This document shows positions 7,360-11,844 of a stretch of DNA of 11,844 nt, piece by piece. The translations under genes and the position numbers were made by a program. A model generated the notes under the pieces. It searched no databases and had not been told where the DNA came from. It was given only the letters and a program-made list of their open reading frames with translations. The stretch comes from Candidatus Heimdallarchaeota archaeon (GTDB taxonomy: Archaea; Asgardarchaeota; Heimdallarchaeia; Hodarchaeales; Hodarchaeaceae). Position 1 is the stretch's first letter, and each line of letters opens with the position of its first letter. Where the stretch lies: positions 1-11,844 of the forward strand of contig DXJL01000212.1 of NCBI GenBank assembly GCA_019057635.1, read 5' to 3'.

Positions 7360-8331
7360 TTGATTGAAGTAAAAAATCTCGAAACTGGATTAACTTTTTC
7401 TGACTATGTTCAGGGAATCCTTCCTAATGTTCCCACTTGGATGGATTGCACTAACCCCTCCTTGGCGGAACTAAAAGCAATTCATAATACATATAAAATT
7501 CCCTGGGAGGATCTTGAGGACTCACTTGATGTTGACGAAAGGCCAAGATTGGAATTAGAACCTGAAAATGAACCACCTTTCATCAAATTAGTATTAAGAG
7601 TACCCTCTGGTGAACAATTCAAGAAGAGTGATCTCTTTCAATCTCGTCAGACTACTCTTCCAGCAACGGTATTTTTAACTGGATCTCATCTAATAACAAT
7701 ACAGCATCAAGCCATTGAAGCAAAAAGAATCCGCAAACCTATTGGTTCACGGAGAAAACGATCAAAACCAACTATCTTAGTACTCCTTGACTGGTTAGAA
7801 AGCGTAGTTAAATCATATGAACTTGGAGTGGATGTAATAGATCAAGAGCTTGCTACCTTGGAACAAGTAATATTCAAGTCAGTAAAATCCAAATCAATTG
7901 AACGAGTGTTCACTCTTTCTAGGGAGGCAACATATTTAGATGCAGCACTGAGAGGAAATGTACGCGCATTTTATCAGCTTCAAAAAGCGCCCGAATTTAA
8001 AGAACTTCCAGAACTCCTTGATGATCTAGAAGATTTATCAATAGATTTGCAGCAACAGGCTGATCTTCTCCGGATTTATCGAGATTTAATTGAAAGCAGC
8101 TTAGATGCGTATACTTCTGTAATATCCAATAATCAAAACGATTTAATAAAAGTATTAGCATCGATTTCACTAATTGTAATGGTTCCCACCTTACTCGCAA
8201 GTCTTTATGGTATGAATCTTGAACCTTTACCTTTCAGTGATAGTCCCTATGCGTTTTGGATCGTGATTCTCTTTAGTATAATTCTTATTGGACCAATTTG
8301 GTATTTCTTGCATAAGATAGAACTTATCTAG
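7360..8331 (+). CDS. corA: CorA-family Mg2+/Co2+ transporter
   Basis: TWMD, DSLDVDERPRLE, a helical stalk and two C-terminal transmembrane helices with the signature YGMN. The ORF track starts at 7279; the in-frame TTG at 7360, 7 nt after GGAGGT, is the more likely start. Confidence 0.93.
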   Translation: MIEVKNLETGLTFSDYVQGILPNVPTWMDCTNPSLAELKAIHNTYKIPWEDLEDSLDVDERPRLELEPENEPPFIKLVLRVPSGEQFKKSDLFQSRQTTLPATVFLTGSHLITIQHQAIEAKRIRKPIGSRRKRSKPTILVLLDWLESVVKSYELGVDVIDQELATLEQVIFKSVKSKSIERVFTLSREATYLDAALRGNVRAFYQLQKAPEFKELPELLDDLEDLSIDLQQQADLLRIYRDLIESSLDAYTSVISNNQNDLIKVLASISLIVMVPTLLASLYGMNLEPLPFSDSPYAFWIVILFSIILIGPIWYFLHKIELI

Positions 8332-8355
8332 CGATCGTAGTGAGTCGCAAAACAC

Positions 8356-10434
8356 ATGAAAGCTCTATCTCAAGATCACAAAGACTTGGGAGTTGTTTAT
8401 ACACCTCAAATTTTAGTTGAGTACATTTGTACAACTGCCATCCATACCTACCTTCTTAAACATCTAAATCGCGAACTGAAAACAGATCTCGCACTAGAAT
8501 GGAATAAACTCAGAATTGAAGATTTATCCTCCAAGACGCATCGTGTCATTCTTAAACTTCTTGAAGAAATAACCATTATTGATCCTGCTGTGGGATCAGG
8601 GTATTTTCTTAAGACTTCTTTTACTGTTCTGCTTAAACTCCACGAATCATTAATAAAATTAGGGATACAAAAAAAGGCAATCGGTCAAATTCGACTGGAA
8701 ATAGTAACGAAGAATCTAATTGGGGTAGATATTTCCAAAAAAGCAATAGAATTATGTCGAGAGATGTTAATCAGTCTCGTAAGCAAAGGTGAATCGTCAA
8801 TTAATTTATATGAACTTAATACTAAACTTAAACTTCATATAAAAAAAGGCAATTCTTTAATTGGTAATACCTTCACAGAAGAACATCCCCCCACAGACGA
8901 ACAATTATCCGAATTTAATTGGGATCGGGAATTTCCCTCTATTCTAAAGGCTGGAGGATTTGCAGTATGTCTAGGAAATCCTCCTTGGAATATTCTAAAG
9001 CCCCTAGAGAAGGAGTACTTTTCTAAGTACAATTCTCATCTAACTAAGTATAGGTTAGATAAGCAGGAAGCAAAAAAGATTATTGAAGATTTGAAAAGTA
9101 ACAGAACTATTCGTGAAGACTGGGATAAATTTGAATCGAAAATTAAAAAACAATCAGAATATTACCGTAAGACGTACAGATATCAATCTGGTTTGATTCA
9201 AGTAGGGAACAGTACGAGAAGAGTGAGTGGAGATATCAATCTGTATAAATTATTCTTAGAACGAGCAATCGTCCTAATGCAAAATGATGGTGTTTGTGGA
9301 ATTGTCGTACCATCTGGTATTCATAGTGATGCAGGGACAAAGGGTCTACGGGGATTAATTTTTGATGAAAATGAAGTTACGTCCCTCTACTCTTTTGAAA
9401 ATAGACAAGGTATCTTCCCATCCATTCATAAATCCTTCAAGTTTGACATTCTTATTTTTCAGAAAAATCATAGGAAGACCATGAATTTTCAGGCTGTATT
9501 TATGCAAAGGGATCCTGAATTCCTGCGAAAGGGACAGGCTGAAATTCTATCTGTCTCATGGGAGAAAATTAAACGTTTTTCCCCAAGTGCTTTGTCAATA
9601 ATTGAGTTTAAAACTGAACTTGATATGAGGATTGTGGACAAAATGTATCAGCATCCTACGATAGTAGAATCCACGCCTGGTTTTTCAACGATTGAATTCT
9701 CAAGGGAATTAGACGTCACGATTGACAATCAACTTTTCAACACAGAGGGAAAGGGACTTCCAGTATTCGAAGGAAAAATGATCGAACAATTTACACACCA
9801 ATTTAAGCCAGCACGATACTGGATTGATGAACAGAACTTAACTTCGAAATTTTCTAAGAACTATTCGGAATATAAAAATGCAAGAATTGGTTTTAGAGCT
9901 ATTGCTGCTAGCACCAATCGAAGAACGATGATTGCAACTTTCATTCCTGCAAATAGTTGTTGTAGTAACTCGATTATTTTCGTGAAAAATAAGGACAAAA
10001 CAAATCGGCAAATAATTAAACAAAACGACCTCCTGTACCTGCTAGGTGTTATGAATAGTTTTGTATTTGATTATTTGCTCCGTCTCAAGGTATCTCAGAA
10101 TTTGAACATGTTTTTTCTTCGAGATATGCCCCTTCCCAGGATAAATAATGATAATAGTAATTATAGAGAAATAACCTCCCTTGTTAGGGCTATCTATAAA
10201 GAAATTCCAGAGATATGTAATGATCTAGTTACTGGAGATGAGGGATCTATAGATTTGTCTTACTCTGAGAAACTCGCTATGCTTGATGCTAGAATTGCTA
10301 TAATATATGATTTGACCTACATCGAACTGGAATACATTTTGGATCAGTTTCACGTCCGTGATAAACGAAAAGAATCTAATTTAGTAAAGCAAAAGAGTAA
10401 AATCCTCTTTTTCTTCAAGAGAATTCAAATTTAG
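8356..10434 (+). CDS. N6-adenine DNA methyltransferase, gamma class (Eco57I/TaqI-like) with C-terminal target-recognition domain and no nuclease domain
   Basis: 692 aa. Motif X GVVYTP near residue 12, motif I IDPAVGSGYF, GVDIS, KGNSL, motif IV LGNPPW, NLYKLFLER, GIVVPSGI and FENRQGIFPSIHKSFKF. The C-terminal region is TaqI_C-like (YLLGVMNSFVFDYLLR; LDARIAIIYDLT). Confidence 0.9.
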   Translation: MKALSQDHKDLGVVYTPQILVEYICTTAIHTYLLKHLNRELKTDLALEWNKLRIEDLSSKTHRVILKLLEEITIIDPAVGSGYFLKTSFTVLLKLHESLIKLGIQKKAIGQIRLEIVTKNLIGVDISKKAIELCREMLISLVSKGESSINLYELNTKLKLHIKKGNSLIGNTFTEEHPPTDEQLSEFNWDREFPSILKAGGFAVCLGNPPWNILKPLEKEYFSKYNSHLTKYRLDKQEAKKIIEDLKSNRTIREDWDKFESKIKKQSEYYRKTYRYQSGLIQVGNSTRRVSGDINLYKLFLERAIVLMQNDGVCGIVVPSGIHSDAGTKGLRGLIFDENEVTSLYSFENRQGIFPSIHKSFKFDILIFQKNHRKTMNFQAVFMQRDPEFLRKGQAEILSVSWEKIKRFSPSALSIIEFKTELDMRIVDKMYQHPTIVESTPGFSTIEFSRELDVTIDNQLFNTEGKGLPVFEGKMIEQFTHQFKPARYWIDEQNLTSKFSKNYSEYKNARIGFRAIAASTNRRTMIATFIPANSCCSNSIIFVKNKDKTNRQIIKQNDLLYLLGVMNSFVFDYLLRLKVSQNLNMFFLRDMPLPRINNDNSNYREITSLVRAIYKEIPEICNDLVTGDEGSIDLSYSEKLAMLDARIAIIYDLTYIELEYILDQFHVRDKRKESNLVKQKSKILFFFKRIQI

Positions 10435-10611
10435 ACTGCGTTTCTTGGAATAAAGATAGGGGAGGTAGCAAATTTTGCAGAGATTACAGAGAAAAGCTAA
10501 ACTTCTACTTTAAAATGTATTTATTCTTGCATAATGAACTTAGACAAAAAGCTTTTGTAGTCATGAGGGAAGGAATGGGTTACTAACTGAATACCTTAAG
10601 GATATGATAAA

Positions 10612-11433
10612 ATGGGTTTTATAACACTAATGCCAAATGATCCCTTGATATGGAACTTCATTATTGGAGTGATAGCTGCTCTAGTTTATGTCCAAGGGAT
10701 AATTCTGCTAATGGAGAAAATGGTTACAAGCGGCAAACTTTCATCTGACCTCAGTAGAAAAGTTATTCACATTGCCGCAGGTTCATTTATTTGGACTTGG
10801 TTATTCATAGATACGTCCTATGGAGTTACATACTTACTCAACATTGCTGTACCTTTACTATTTTTCTTTACATTTTTATATAAAGGCTATCGCGGGTCTC
10901 CTGAAGATAAAGATGTAAAGACGATGTCTCGCACCGGTGATCCTCGTGAGCTCCTTAAAGGAACTCTTTATTTCACAATCATTATGATGATTGCTGGCAC
11001 AATCTTTTTCGGATCATACTTAGGAATGCTCATGATGGCCATTTTGGGATTTGGAGATGGAATTGCGCCCTACATCGGAAAACGATATGGTTCTCACAAG
11101 TATAAGACTTTTGGCAGAGAGAAGAGTATAGAAGGATCGATAGGATTCTTTGTGGTTGCCTTATTAGGATCACTTTTTTTCTGGATCTTTTTAGGAGTTC
11201 TAGGAGCAATAGAGCCACCTGTTCTTGCTGACCCGGGAGTCGAACTAATTGAAATTTTGATCGTAATTATTCTTTGTTGTTTAGTCGGAATGGTGGTAGA
11301 AGCATTCTCCCCAGCAGATTTAGATAACATCTTAATTCCAGCATCAACTTTAATCACCCTTCTAGTTGTAGATTTTGTTCTTTTCTCTGGAGCATCATTT
11401 GTAGTGTTCCGAATTCTTGGGACAGTGTTGTAG
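10612..11433 (+). CDS. CTP-dependent polyprenol/diacylglycerol kinase family membrane protein, phytol/farnesol kinase (VTE5/FOLK)-like
   Basis: 273 aa, multiple transmembrane helices. Motifs SRKVIHIAAG, MSRTGDPRELLKGTLYF, GDGIAPYIGKRYG, KSIEGS and DNILIP. Confidence 0.88.
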   Translation: MGFITLMPNDPLIWNFIIGVIAALVYVQGIILLMEKMVTSGKLSSDLSRKVIHIAAGSFIWTWLFIDTSYGVTYLLNIAVPLLFFFTFLYKGYRGSPEDKDVKTMSRTGDPRELLKGTLYFTIIMMIAGTIFFGSYLGMLMMAILGFGDGIAPYIGKRYGSHKYKTFGREKSIEGSIGFFVVALLGSLFFWIFLGVLGAIEPPVLADPGVELIEILIVIILCCLVGMVVEAFSPADLDNILIPASTLITLLVVDFVLFSGASFVVFRILGTVL

Positions 11434-11459
11434 ATACACTGTCACTTTCTTTTTTTTTT
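11421..11459 (+). terminator. Hairpin plus U-tract terminator after the kinase gene
   Basis: Perfect 8-bp stem GACAGTGT (11421-11428) / ACACTGTC (11436-11443). The 7-nt loop contains the TAG stop, and TTTCTTTTTTTTTT follows at 11446-11459, between convergent genes. Confidence 0.7.
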
Positions 11460-11523
11460 CCTATGATCTTGCTTTAAAAATAAAAAGAAATCCGCTCCCT
11501 GATCAAAGAAGAAAGAATTTAAC

Positions 11524-11778
11524 CTAAACTTCTTTTTTCTTCATCACAATTTGCCAAGCACCAGTGGAGGTATTAACCTCCATATTAATAACTGGTTGCT
11601 TCATGGACTCCAAAGCAACCAAGATCTCTTTTCGTGAAATTTCTTCTTCTATCGTGCCAATAAACTTAACAATTTGATCATCGGCTGTTTGCTTAACCGC
11701 TCTACGAGCTTTGATCAATGGAACTGGACATTTGAAACCAGTGATATCTACAAGGAGATCTTCTTTTATTTGAGGCAT
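11524..11778 (-). CDS. tusA: TusA/SirA-family sulfur carrier protein
   Basis: 84 aa. DITGFKCPVPLIKARRAV carries the CPxP motif, and the C-terminal strand is WQIVMKK. GGAG lies upstream on the minus strand. Confidence 0.8.
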   Translation of the reverse strand: MPQIKEDLLVDITGFKCPVPLIKARRAVKQTADDQIVKFIGTIEEEISRKEILVALESMKQPVINMEVNTSTGAWQIVMKKKEV

Positions 11779-11786
11779 TTTAGTTA

Positions 11787-11843
11787 CTAGCTCTCCAATT
11801 CTTCAAGAGACCTATTATTTCTTCTAAGATAATCGTCAATTGC
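11787..11843 (-). CDS. Partial 3' end of an upstream gene, possibly an IscU/NifU-like Fe-S scaffold
   Basis: The minus-strand frame from the window edge reads AIDDYLRRNNRSLEELES, then TAG TAA, ending 8 nt before the tusA ATG. AIDDY resembles IscU C-termini, but only 18 codons are visible. Confidence 0.35.
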   Translation of the reverse strand, partial: AIDDYLRRNNRSLEELES

Positions 11844-11844
11844 A

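Noticed and set aside
8332-8337. CGATCG palindrome just upstream of the adenine methyltransferase as an autoregulatory site
   Set aside because: The same hexamer occurs inside several coding regions in the window, and the enzyme's specificity is unknown.
8356-10434. BREX PglX or DISARM assignment for the large methyltransferase
   Set aside because: No partner genes (brxC, pglZ, drmA/B/D) are adjacent, and the protein is much shorter than typical PglX.
3699-11357. Short minus-strand ORFs 3699-3908, 4960-5160, 6830-7021, 7997-8200, 8835-9032, 9838-10023, 11030-11218 and 11094-11357
   Set aside because: All are antisense to well-supported genes, are short, and show no family signatures.
1-11844. 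CRISPR array, tRNA/rRNA, IS element or provirus
   Set aside because: I saw no regularly spaced repeats, structured RNA genes, transposase or integrase, and all intergenic regions are about 200 nt or shorter.

Overview
AT-rich, gene-dense prokaryotic window with 11 complete CDSs and probably the 3' end of a twelfth at the right edge. On the minus strand, cydA-cydB (cytochrome bd quinol oxidase, short Q-loop) runs straight into an alpha-class SPPY DNA methyltransferase. An aldo/keto reductase is transcribed divergently from cydA. Next comes a compact plus-strand operon: BtrH_N-type papain-fold enzyme, PadR regulator and Lin2189-like GyrI-domain protein, preceded by a TATA-like box and a perfect 8-3-8 inverted repeat. 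After it, corA is followed closely by a gamma-class (Eco57I/TaqI-like) adenine methyltransferase with no nuclease domain, then a VTE5/FOLK-like isoprenoid-alcohol kinase. A convergent tusA-like gene ends the window, probably downstream of an iscU-like gene. BRE/TATA-like promoters, GGAGGT/GAGGTGA ribosome-binding sites and oligo-T tracts suggest an archaeal host, possibly Asgard (Heimdallarchaeia-like); this is inference only. I saw no rRNA, tRNA, CRISPR array, transposase or integrase. The best candidates for something undescribed are the PadR-controlled BtrH + GyrI-like putative detoxification module and two orphan methyltransferases attached to housekeeping transcription units. All family calls come from motif recognition, not database searches.
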